Shown piece after piece: positions 37,641 to 45,218 of a stretch of DNA of 64,000 bases. The first letter of the stretch is position 1. Each line of letters begins with the position of its first letter. The stretch lies in the IMG/VR virus record IMGVR_UViG_3300002461_000401, positions 1 through 64,000 of that record. The stretch is one strand, 5' to 3'. Position numbers and translations under genes: made by a program. The notes under the pieces were generated by a model. That model saw nothing but the letters and a program-made list of their open reading frames with translations. It was not told the DNA's origin and searched no databases. The stretch comes from a virus.

Positions 37641-37931
37641 CTCTAGGTTAGTAAGAAATATACCTTCCTCAAATATACCTGCTTAATAGAGATAACTTTT
37701 GTACTAACTCCTCCGGAGTTTATGGTCACAAAGTTCAAGACTGTTCCTCTAAGATAGATCGCCTTATGAGTGGTGGATTCTATATATTTTTGAGGAAGGT
37801 TCTGTGGACGGTGATAGTGACGTACGGGGGCAGTGTTACACGTTCGCGCTCGTCTCGAACAAACCACCCCCCCGGGGCTTACACGCTTTCGTGTCTCACT
37901 ATGCCCCCACCTCTTCTTTACCCTGCGCTCT

Positions 37932-37949
37932 GGCCTCCGGCCTTCATGG
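37932..37949 (+). promoter_or_regulatory. hairpin motif copy 1 (candidate vRNAP early promoter)
   Basis: GGCC-TCC-GGCC then TTCATGG. Lies 40 nt upstream of ATG 37989. Confidence 0.5.
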
Positions 37950-37988
37950 GGCGATCATGCCCTCATCATCCATAGGGTCTATGCTCCC

Positions 37989-38351
37989 ATGTCCATCACC
38001 TCGCAGGCTGCCCGTTCCACTGGCTCGCTCTTCGGCACCATCTCCTCGGCTGCCACCACGGTTGGCTCGGTCTTCAACGCTGCCACCAAGTCCGTCCAGC
38101 TCCTGGACAACTACGTCTCCAACGCTCTCGAGCACCAGCAGGAGCGCATCGACGCTGACAATGCTCAGTTCTCGATCGGTCTCCAGATCCGTAAGGCTCA
38201 GGAAATGGCTGAGCTCTACGCGGAAGCGCAGGAGTTCCAGGCCAAGTCGCCTGAGCATCACGCCAACTTCCAGAAGTCCTTCGATCTCATCGGCAAGGCC
38301 ATCGAAGAGGGTAAGGCTCGCCGGGCCAAGCTCGCTTCCGCCACCGTCTAG
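37989..38351 (+). CDS. early protein 1 (hypothetical)
   Basis: In-frame ATG of track ORF 37833..38351, chosen because it lies downstream of hairpin copy 1. 120 aa, helical and charged. No clear SD. Confidence 0.5.
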   Translation: MSITSQAARSTGSLFGTISSAATTVGSVFNAATKSVQLLDNYVSNALEHQQERIDADNAQFSIGLQIRKAQEMAELYAEAQEFQAKSPEHHANFQKSFDLIGKAIEEGKARRAKLASATV

Positions 38352-38413
38352 GCTACACGAACACAGGCTCTCTGCTCCTCAGGTCTCACACCTGGGGAGT
38401 AGGGGTTCACTAC

Positions 38414-38467
38414 GAGATGGGCAGATGCAAGATACCTATCTGAACCATGTGAGATGGGCAGCTCAAG
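38414..38467. repeat. direct repeat GAGATGGGCAG(n)CAAG x2, spaced 37 nt, in non-coding DNA
   Basis: gagatgggcagatgcaag at 38414-38431 and gagatgggcagctcaag at 38451-38467. Confidence 0.8.
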
Positions 38468-38730
38468 CCGAGTGAAACGAGGCGTAATGCACTCTAAATT
38501 CTGAGTGTAACTATATAACCCTAAACCTCAGCTTAGTGGGTGCTGAGCTGGTCTAGAGTGTGAACACTGTTCATCTCTATAGGGATAGAGTTAGAGTTAG
38601 TGGGAGTTGCACAGCTATTTCGTAGCTATTGTGTTCATTCATCTTATCCCAATCCCAACTCTCCAAAACCTATTCCCAAATCCCGAATACCTAAACACAC
38701 TCGATAATCTACCTGATTGGTAGGTGTGCA

Positions 38731-38748
38731 GGCCTCCGGCCTTTATGG
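38731..38748 (+). promoter_or_regulatory. hairpin motif copy 2 (candidate vRNAP early promoter)
   Basis: aGGCC-TCC-GGCCt then TTATGG. Lies 114 nt upstream of ATG 38862. Confidence 0.5.
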
Positions 38749-38861
38749 AGTCGAGGTGAAGCCGAGACCCGAAGCAGCGCAGCTGCGAGGATGGATGAGG
38801 AGTTGAAAACCGCTCGAGCATCGAGCGAGTTGGTCCTCGTCTCAATGAAGGAGCTACTTCA

Positions 38862-39104
38862 ATGGCAATGGGAATCACTTACGGCGATACGAACACCTCG
38901 TTCTTCGGCATCGAAGAAAACCTGGTTCCCCATGATGATGTGGATGGGGCCTGGTTACACCCGTTCGAAGACAACCTCCTCGAGACCAAGTTTCAGATCG
39001 TCAAAGAAGTCATCATGTATGACTGCTTCGATGAAGGTAACGATGAGAAATGGGCTGATGACCAGCATCTGGATCTCTGCCGGCAACTGGCTGGAGGTAA
39101 CTGA
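38862..39104 (+). CDS. small acidic early protein (hypothetical)
   Basis: 80 aa. AAGGAG lies 8 nt upstream of the ATG. Preferred over the overlapping 38791..39144 ORF, whose composition (S/T/W/M-rich) is not protein-like. Confidence 0.6.
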   Translation: MAMGITYGDTNTSFFGIEENLVPHDDVDGAWLHPFEDNLLETKFQIVKEVIMYDCFDEGNDEKWADDQHLDLCRQLAGGN

Positions 39105-39146
39105 GCCAACAGCCAATCCCCACAACCTGAACCAAGGAGAATAGCT

Positions 39147-39485
39147 ATGGCCAAGAAGTTCAAGCGTGACTCCAAGAGCGCGAAGGGCAACTCCAAGCCC
39201 AAGGGACCTGTCCTCAGCCGCACCATTGGGCGTCATGGTGCTTTCCAGCATCCGGCCCTCATCAAGCTGGGTGAGGGGATCTGCGCCAACTATGAGACCA
39301 GTCTGAATGAGGCGAAGGAGGATCTGATTCTTCGTCGCCAGCATGAGCACGAGGCCCGCAAAACTGCGCTCTACGCCGCTCTGAAGGCTGCGACTGATGA
39401 GGGTCTGGATGGGCCTGAGCATCTCTCCTGTCCGGCCTTGGCTGCCTGCACCTATGCCATCCTCGAGCAGGGGCTGGCGTCGTGA
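39147..39485 (+). CDS. hypothetical early protein
   Basis: 112 aa with a basic N-terminus, preceded by CTGAACCAAGGAGAA. Confidence 0.6.
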   Translation: MAKKFKRDSKSAKGNSKPKGPVLSRTIGRHGAFQHPALIKLGEGICANYETSLNEAKEDLILRRQHEHEARKTALYAALKAATDEGLDGPEHLSCPALAACTYAILEQGLAS

Positions 39486-39697
39486 AGAGCACTGCCCAGA
39501 TCCCGACCAACATCTTCGGCTCTACGCTCAAGGGCCTGACCTACGGACCTGACACCACACAGGGTCAGGCTCATTCCTACGGAGCCCACTCTCCGTTGGA
39601 GATCCCAGTCCTGGAGCAGCCTCCGGGATCCAACCTGCCCACGCCTGTTCGCCGGCGTGTGACCTCTCGGGACTGCTTCATCGTCCACTCTGACTGA
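39482..39697 (+). CDS. hypothetical early protein
   Basis: 71 aa. GTG start overlaps the previous stop. Confidence 0.4.
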   Translation: MKSTAQIPTNIFGSTLKGLTYGPDTTQGQAHSYGAHSPLEIPVLEQPPGSNLPTPVRRRVTSRDCFIVHSD

Positions 39698-39761
39698 GTG
39701 CGACTGAGTCCCACTCAACCTCTCCACAACCTCATCTGAACCATAGGAAAGGAGCACTCTG

Positions 39762-40136
39762 ATGCTCGTGAGTCGTGCTGTCTTCTATGCCACTGCCTTG
39801 CTGGCTGTGGCCCTCGCCCTCGTGTTGGTCCTCATGCTGCCGAGCCTGTCCAACAAGGCGGTGGTGTTCATCGTCATCCTGATTCTGATGTCCGTGGGCG
39901 TGAGCGTCATGTCCTTCAACCTGAGCCAGACCGAACTGGAGCAGGAGGCTGTGAATCGCCGGCTGAACAACCGTCGGCGATCGGGCCAGGACTACCTGTC
40001 CACCCATCCTCAGGACCTCTCCGGCGTGTATCCGCAGGATGAGCAGCCTCTGCTGCCTCAGCAGGAATCGCTGATGCTGCCTCATGTCGTCATCGACCGA
40101 GCCATCAGGCAGCAGCGCATCTGGGAGGAGAAGTGA
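39762..40136 (+). CDS. early membrane protein (2 TM helices)
   Basis: 124 aa. ATALLAVALALVLVLML and VVFIVILILMSVGVSVM. AAAGGAG SD upstream. Confidence 0.6.
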   Translation: MLVSRAVFYATALLAVALALVLVLMLPSLSNKAVVFIVILILMSVGVSVMSFNLSQTELEQEAVNRRLNNRRRSGQDYLSTHPQDLSGVYPQDEQPLLPQQESLMLPHVVIDRAIRQQRIWEEK

Positions 40137-40139
40137 GCC

Positions 40140-40436
40140 ATGGCACAGCTCTCTCGCCACTCTGGTGAGCACCAGGATCTGGATGCTCAGCTGGACTACG
40201 CCTTCGCCTTCCTGGACCAACTCCTCGATATGGAGGAGGGCCTCGAAGAGGAGCCCATGCCCAACACCACCAAGTATGAGCGCAGTGGTCTGCTGCATCG
40301 TTTCAAAAGCGATGACGCCATCCACCAGTTCTGCATGGACAACTACCTCGATGATCCGGAGACGTCGTCCTCGGGTCGTGTGACTGCGTATTGCTCCTAT
40401 ACGGACGAGCGCGTCCATATCGGCTGGACCGACTAG
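40140..40436 (+). CDS. small acidic early protein (hypothetical)
   Basis: 98 aa, 3-nt gap after the previous gene. Confidence 0.55.
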   Translation: MAQLSRHSGEHQDLDAQLDYAFAFLDQLLDMEEGLEEEPMPNTTKYERSGLLHRFKSDDAIHQFCMDNYLDDPETSSSGRVTAYCSYTDERVHIGWTD

Positions 40437-40515
40437 GTCCCGCCTTCTCCTGGGTGGTTACACGCTCGGGTTATTCTTCCCCTTCAACAACCTGTTCTTG
40501 TTTGCACTGTCTCGG

Positions 40516-40533
40516 GGCCTCCGGCCTTCTTGG
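40516..40533 (+). promoter_or_regulatory. hairpin motif copy 3 (candidate vRNAP early promoter)
   Basis: GGCC-TCC-GGCC then TTCTTGG. Lies 79 nt upstream of ATG 40612. Shares an upstream TTACACGCT box with copy 1 (37879 vs 40458). Confidence 0.5.
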
Positions 40534-40611
40534 CGGTGTTGATGCACGCCTTCTTGTTCAACCTGGCCTCTGATCCTGCGGGACAGTTCGGCCTTTTCTG
40601 GAGATACGATC

Positions 40612-41112
40612 ATGGCTCGCTACGAAGACACGTTCCCGTCCAACGCCCGTCGTCCGGTCGGTGCGGCCGCTTCCCAGCTCGGTTCGGGTGCGCCCAGCTC
40701 GGGCATTTCCGGCCGCACGCTCGGCATGCCGGGTCGCCCCGTTCCGGGTGGCCAGGCCAATGCGCCGGCCGATGACTTCGTGCCCGCGGAGTTCTGGATC
40801 AACGTGGGCATCTGGAATGGTGGCCAGAACCAGCAGGGCGAGACCATCGGCTTCATCTCGCTCCCGGGCCGCGGCATCGCCCTGGACCAGCTCAAGCTGC
40901 CCAAGTCGAACTCCAACTCGCCGCTCCAGCAGGCCCAGCTGGGGCTGTGGCACGACGTCATGGAGGTCGTGGGCAAGCTCGAGCCGGGTGAGGTGATCAT
41001 GGTGCCCGAGCAGCCGGCTCATGGCGAGATGTGCATGCAGTTCCGGCGTGTGGGCCAGGAGAGCCGCGTCAACGAGGCGGAGAATCCGTTCCGCGTCAAA
41101 GCGTTCGCCTGA
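40612..41112 (+). CDS. hypothetical early protein with Gly/Pro-rich disordered N-terminus
   Basis: 166-aa ORF behind hairpin copy 3. No motif recognized. Confidence 0.55.
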   Translation: MARYEDTFPSNARRPVGAAASQLGSGAPSSGISGRTLGMPGRPVPGGQANAPADDFVPAEFWINVGIWNGGQNQQGETIGFISLPGRGIALDQLKLPKSNSNSPLQQAQLGLWHDVMEVVGKLEPGEVIMVPEQPAHGEMCMQFRRVGQESRVNEAENPFRVKAFA

Positions 41113-41128
41113 TCCTTCACGGGCCAGG

Positions 41129-41172
41129 CTGGGGAGTGGTGATGATCCTTCGGGGTTGTCACTGCTCCCCAG
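41129..41172 (+). terminator. long imperfect hairpin with a TTCG tetraloop after the 40612 gene
   Basis: CTGGGGAG...GATCC-TTCG-GGGTT...CTCCCCAG, about 18 pairs including G-U. Only a short TTT follows. Confidence 0.45.
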
Positions 41173-41340
41173 GGCTTTCGCCTACACGATAGACCCAAAT
41201 ACCTCAAATACGGGTCTAAAAGTTCAACTCCCATTTCAACTATCTAAAACCTAAGCACCCAGATTCTGGATGTATTGGAGAGAGCTCACCTAAAGCTCGG
41301 AGATAGGCTGAATCATCGAACCAGAGGAGAGACTTTCGTC

Positions 41341-42090
41341 ATGTCCAAGGGCAATGCTGCCTACCACTTTCCTCCTTTCCACCCGAAGCTGCAGCGTCAC
41401 AAGCGCGCCGATAGACGGGTCCACAAGGCCCGGCTCAAGAAGCAGGCGGTGGCCAGGATCAATATGTATTACCCGATCAACCCTGATGCGGTTCAGATCG
41501 GTGTGCATGTCTCGACGCATGGCACCAAGTACAGCTACTGGGACTACAGCTGGGACGCGGTGTACAAGCGCCAGCAGGTCTCCATCAAGAACCCGCCCAT
41601 GCCCGAGATCCAGACGCATGCTGAGATGCAGGCTCTGATCCAGGAGGATGAGGGCAAGATGGGGTTCTGGCCCACCACCTATCAGAGCCAGGAGGATTAC
41701 GAAGCTGAGCTCGAGCGGTACCGCCTCGACTGGGAGGATGATGAGCGGGCCTATGACGACTACCAGGACGACTGGGGTCCTGAGTGGGACGACTGGCGCT
41801 ATGAGCCGAGCTACGACAGCTTCGACAGCCAGATGACCCGTCGGTACGTCGCGTTCGCCGACACCGAGTATCGGTCCTACCTCAGCGAAGAGGCCCATGA
41901 GGAGCGCCGCGAGATCACGGCCTGGCTGAATGCCCAGATCGAGGAAGAGGGCAGCTGCTACATGGAAGGCCAGACCTACAACGGCGAGGTCTGCGACGGT
42001 CTGAACCCTGAGAACCAGATCCAGCGCCTCTACTGGGACAAGGGCATGACCACCCAGAACATCACCAACCAGATGTTCTACGGCCGCTAA
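41341..42090 (+). CDS. hypothetical acidic, Trp/Tyr/Asp-rich protein
   Basis: In-frame ATG of track ORF 41275..42090, with GAACCAGAGGAGAG upstream. 249 aa. Confidence 0.55.
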   Translation: MSKGNAAYHFPPFHPKLQRHKRADRRVHKARLKKQAVARINMYYPINPDAVQIGVHVSTHGTKYSYWDYSWDAVYKRQQVSIKNPPMPEIQTHAEMQALIQEDEGKMGFWPTTYQSQEDYEAELERYRLDWEDDERAYDDYQDDWGPEWDDWRYEPSYDSFDSQMTRRYVAFADTEYRSYLSEEAHEERREITAWLNAQIEEEGSCYMEGQTYNGEVCDGLNPENQIQRLYWDKGMTTQNITNQMFYGR

Positions 42091-42182
42091 AGCCAGCTGA
42101 GTCCAACTCAGCACCAACACCCTCTCACAATCCATCCACTCAACCGCACTGGGGCAACCCAGTGCGATAGGAGAACTGTGTT

Positions 42183-42758
42183 TTGAACGCTGTCACCCCT
42201 CGCAACACTATCGGTCACCCTGACAAGGTTCGCTACTATGCTGGTATTGGCTCCAGACAGACCCCTCGTGCGGTGATCGAGGAGATGGAGGTCATCGGGC
42301 GAGTCCTGGGTGACCACGGCTGGCATCTGCGATCGGGCTTCGCTGATGGGGCTGACCAGGCCTTCTTCCGCGGTGCTCTGAGCTCCGACAGGGGCATGCA
42401 CGCGGTCACCAATTACCTGCCTTGGGCGGGCTTCAATACCGCTCCCAGGTTCGAGACGCCACGCTTCGTGGTGCCGGACATGAACACCATCCAGATGGAA
42501 GTGGCCTCCCAGTTCCATCCCAACTGGAAAGCCTGCTCACCGGCCGCCAAACAGCTCCACACCCGCAACGTGTGTCAGATCCTCGGCGAAGACTTGGTCA
42601 CGCCCAGTCTGATGGTCGTGTGCTGGACCAAAGACGGTCTGGCAGGTGGTGGCACCGGCCAGGCTCTTCGCATCGCCAATGGCTACGGCATCCCGGTCTT
42701 CGATCTCGCACGCGAGATCGACAAGGAAGCCTTGGCTGAGTTCGTGGACAGGAATTGA
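42183..42758 (+). CDS. DprA/Smf-like (SLOG-superfamily Rossmann) protein
   Basis: 191 aa. TTG start with GGAG 9 nt upstream. GIGSRQTP...RSGFADGADQAF...HTRNVCQIL...GGTGQALRIANGYGIPVFDL parallels the DprA core motifs GSR / SGxAxGxD / RNR / SGS. Confidence 0.6.
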   Translation: MNAVTPRNTIGHPDKVRYYAGIGSRQTPRAVIEEMEVIGRVLGDHGWHLRSGFADGADQAFFRGALSSDRGMHAVTNYLPWAGFNTAPRFETPRFVVPDMNTIQMEVASQFHPNWKACSPAAKQLHTRNVCQILGEDLVTPSLMVVCWTKDGLAGGGTGQALRIANGYGIPVFDLAREIDKEALAEFVDRN

Positions 42759-42762
42759 TCCA

Positions 42763-43113
42763 ATGAAGAAAGCCATGCAGTCACCGGAGTTGACCAAGTT
42801 CTACCAGGCCTACCACGCCTGGTTGCTCCGCAATGCGCCTCCAGGTCGGCTGTTCGTCAGGAGCGCCGGCCTATGCCTGAATCTGTATAGGTTCCTGGAG
42901 TCAAACGAGTTCCAGAACAGGCGGGCTATGCTCGAGATGAATAATCAGTTCGAGGATGCCGGGCTGGATGAGGTCCTTCCGTTCAACTCCATCACCCAGA
43001 TCAAACAAGGGGGTTTAGTGTACTCGGAGGAAGTCCGTGGATTCAATATGCACCTGAATCCTCACCGAGTTGCTTGGGTGGAGAGTCACCTGATCGAAAA
43101 GGAATACCCATGA
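42763..43113 (+). CDS. hypothetical protein
   Basis: In-frame ATG of track ORF 42646..43113. 116 aa. Confidence 0.5.
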   Translation: MKKAMQSPELTKFYQAYHAWLLRNAPPGRLFVRSAGLCLNLYRFLESNEFQNRRAMLEMNNQFEDAGLDEVLPFNSITQIKQGGLVYSEEVRGFNMHLNPHRVAWVESHLIEKEYP

Positions 43114-43958
43114 GCGAAGTAATGGAACGGGTTCATGTTGATCCGCAACAGGAGCTGATCGAACACCAGGTCATGCTGGAGCGGCTCTATGCCAAGAACC
43201 AGCTGATCCCTCGGCTCATGGCCGAGTTTCGGAATTGTCCGGACATCAACTTCGAGGAGGAGTTCACCAATCTAGGGATCCCCAGGCTCTTCGGAATGGA
43301 TCTCCTGGTCCAGATGGCTCTCCACAAGCGAGCCGACGTGCCGACCATGGTGGGGCTCCTCTACCACCACTTCAACGACGCGCAGCTCACGGCCGACATG
43401 CTGCTCAAGGCTGTGGACGCCGACGTCGTGGACTGGGACGGTCGAACCAAGATGTTCATCACCCGCTTCGAGCTGACCACCGAGGTGCAGGCTGAGCTCG
43501 ATCGGTTCCAGTACCCGCTACCCATGGTGGTGAAGCCCCAGACCGTCGAGCACAACCGCTCATCTGGCTACCTGATCGCCAACTCGTCCGTGATCCTCAA
43601 GAACAACCATCACGATGACGATGTCTGCCTGGACCATCTCAATAGAGCCAATGGGATCAAGCTCAGCATCAACCTCGAATGCGTGAGGATGCTCCACAAC
43701 AAGTGGAAGAATCTTGACAAGCGAAAGGCTGACGAGACTCAGGAAGACTTCATGCGTCGCAAGAAGGCTTTCCTCAAGTACGACCGTACCGCGCATGACG
43801 TGATGGAACTGCTCATCGAGCACGGCAACGAGTTCTACCTCACGCACCGGTATGACAAGCGGGGAAGAACCTACTGCTCAGGATACCATGTGACGTACCA
43901 AGGTAATCCCTGGAACAAGGCCGTCATAGAGTTCACGGATAGGGAGTTAGTAACATGA
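43110..43958 (+). CDS. phage RNA polymerase II small subunit (RNAP1, N4 gp15-like)
   Basis: 282 aa. ATGA overlap with the previous gene. YDKRGRTYCSGYHVTYQGNPWNKA matches the T7 RNAP DxxGR segment (DWRGRVYAVSMFNPQGNDMTKG). Confidence 0.85.
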   Translation: MSEVMERVHVDPQQELIEHQVMLERLYAKNQLIPRLMAEFRNCPDINFEEEFTNLGIPRLFGMDLLVQMALHKRADVPTMVGLLYHHFNDAQLTADMLLKAVDADVVDWDGRTKMFITRFELTTEVQAELDRFQYPLPMVVKPQTVEHNRSSGYLIANSSVILKNNHHDDDVCLDHLNRANGIKLSINLECVRMLHNKWKNLDKRKADETQEDFMRRKKAFLKYDRTAHDVMELLIEHGNEFYLTHRYDKRGRTYCSGYHVTYQGNPWNKAVIEFTDRELVT

Positions 43959-44263
43959 GCGAGAATACTGGTGTCCGTTCCTTCCTGGATGGTTCAAGTG
44001 CTCACCTGACATCAAAGGATGCGGACCTTATCAGCAGTGGGGTTCGCAGCAACAACACGGGACGTGTCATTTCTCATGAATATGGGTGGTTCATCCATGT
44101 CGCGTTGGATGACACCGAAGAACAGGACGAAGGGTATCGTGATGCAGGCTTCAGCGAGAGCTTCATAGCTCTGCTCGCCTACGCACGAACCCATAACTGC
44201 TGGTGGATCAACTTGGATCAGGACGCTGACGTGATCCCCGGTCTTGCGACCTACAGCTGGTGA
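43955..44263 (+). CDS. hypothetical protein
   Basis: 102 aa. Overlapping start. C-terminal WWINLDQDAD motif. Confidence 0.5.
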   Translation: MSENTGVRSFLDGSSAHLTSKDADLISSGVRSNNTGRVISHEYGWFIHVALDDTEEQDEGYRDAGFSESFIALLAYARTHNCWWINLDQDADVIPGLATYSW

Positions 44264-44291
44264 TCGAGTTCACCGACAAGGAGATCGTACA

Positions 44292-44462
44292 ATGAGTGTT
44301 GTCATCATCACCCTGGGTAATGGTGCTGAAGCAGCCATCACCAACAACGGTTACCTCGTGATTCAAGCTGGGATCACGAGCGTCAACCTCGGCAAAGCCT
44401 CTCGTCAACAGATCGAGAGGATTCAGGAATGTCTCGAGCGCCTGAAGGTACACTGCGAATGA
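44292..44462 (+). CDS. hypothetical small protein
   Basis: 56 aa. AAGGAG 7 nt upstream of the ATG. Confidence 0.5.
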   Translation: MSVVIITLGNGAEAAITNNGYLVIQAGITSVNLGKASRQQIERIQECLERLKVHCE

Positions 44463-44938
44463 GCCTGCACCACTCTCCCCCGAGACTCTTCCTCGACTTG
44501 GATGGAGTCCTCGCTGACTTCGATGCCCATCACAAGGCCACCTTCGGCTTCAGCCCGTGCAAGATAGCAGGCGACGCTGACTGGCGTGGGATCCAGAACA
44601 CCAAGGACTTCTACTTAAATCTCCCACCTATGTCCGACATGCGCGAGCTGTGGGATGCGGTGAAGCACCTGGAGCCGACCATCATCACCGGCGTGCCATT
44701 CTCGGTGCCTGAGGCACCCGACAACAAGAAAGCCTGGGTGCGGAAGCACCTTGGCTCGCACGTCGAGGTCATCTGTTGCAGGTCCAGCCAGAAGTTCGTC
44801 CATGGATCCAAGGGAGACATCCTGATCGACGACTGGCCGCGGTACGAGAAGGCCTGGAAGAAGATGGGTGGGATCTGGATCACCCACATCAACGCCCAGC
44901 ACTCGATCGCTCGGCTGAAAGATCTTCAGGTGATCTGA
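44459..44938 (+). CDS. 5'(3')-deoxyribonucleotidase (NT5C family, HAD superfamily)
   Basis: 159 aa. FLDLDGVLADFD (DxDxV motif I), ITGVP, KKAWVRKHLG, ILIDDWP. Confidence 0.75.
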   Translation: MSLHHSPPRLFLDLDGVLADFDAHHKATFGFSPCKIAGDADWRGIQNTKDFYLNLPPMSDMRELWDAVKHLEPTIITGVPFSVPEAPDNKKAWVRKHLGSHVEVICCRSSQKFVHGSKGDILIDDWPRYEKAWKKMGGIWITHINAQHSIARLKDLQVI

Positions 44939-44955
44939 ATAAAGGAGCAAAGCAG

Positions 44956-45189
44956 GTGAACTACAGAGAAGCCAAAAAGCTTTGGAAGTCCAAGACTTTC
45001 GAGACCTATACCAGCAAGATGGCCGGTACCACCCATCGTATCGAATCCAGAAACGAAGGAACAGATTTCTGCGTCTCTACCTATGTCGGAGGCTCAAAGG
45101 TCTCCGAACACTGGCCTGAATACAGAGGTGGCATTGGCTATCGAAACGATGGTTCGACCTACGGCGAAGCCTTTCTCGCTATCACCTGA
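44956..45189 (+). CDS. hypothetical small protein
   Basis: 77 aa. GTG start with AAAGGAG 8 nt upstream. Confidence 0.45.
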   Translation: MNYREAKKLWKSKTFETYTSKMAGTTHRIESRNEGTDFCVSTYVGGSKVSEHWPEYRGGIGYRNDGSTYGEAFLAIT

Positions 45190-45218
45190 TTCGCAAACTC
45201 TGAACCAAGGAGAAAACA

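Noticed and set aside
37229-38475. ORFs in the non-coding hub (37229..37480 +, 37643..37867 -, 37766..37975 +, 37804..38475 +, 37944..38261 -).
   Set aside because: They have no ribosome-binding sites and Ser/Pro/Arg-rich or otherwise odd composition. They overlap hairpin and repeat elements or run antisense to the early gene. The 5' extension of 37833..38351 would place the candidate promoter hairpin inside the coding sequence.
38791-39144. 117-aa plus-strand ORF overlapping 38862..39104.
   Set aside because: Its S/T/W/M-rich composition is implausible and it has no SD. The overlapping 80-aa frame has AAGGAG at the correct spacing and an acidic, protein-like sequence.
40612-41112. Assigning the 166-aa early protein as the N4 gp2-like RNAP II cofactor or as an SSB.
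   Set aside because: Only the position suggests it. I recognise no OB-fold or gp2 motif in the sequence.
39732-42135. Minus-strand ORFs 39732..40418 (228 aa), 40558..41022 and 41290..42135 (281 aa) in the early region.
   Set aside because: They are antisense to plus-strand genes that have SD sequences and coupled starts. Their composition is Leu/Val/His/Arg/Gly-rich shadow-ORF type.
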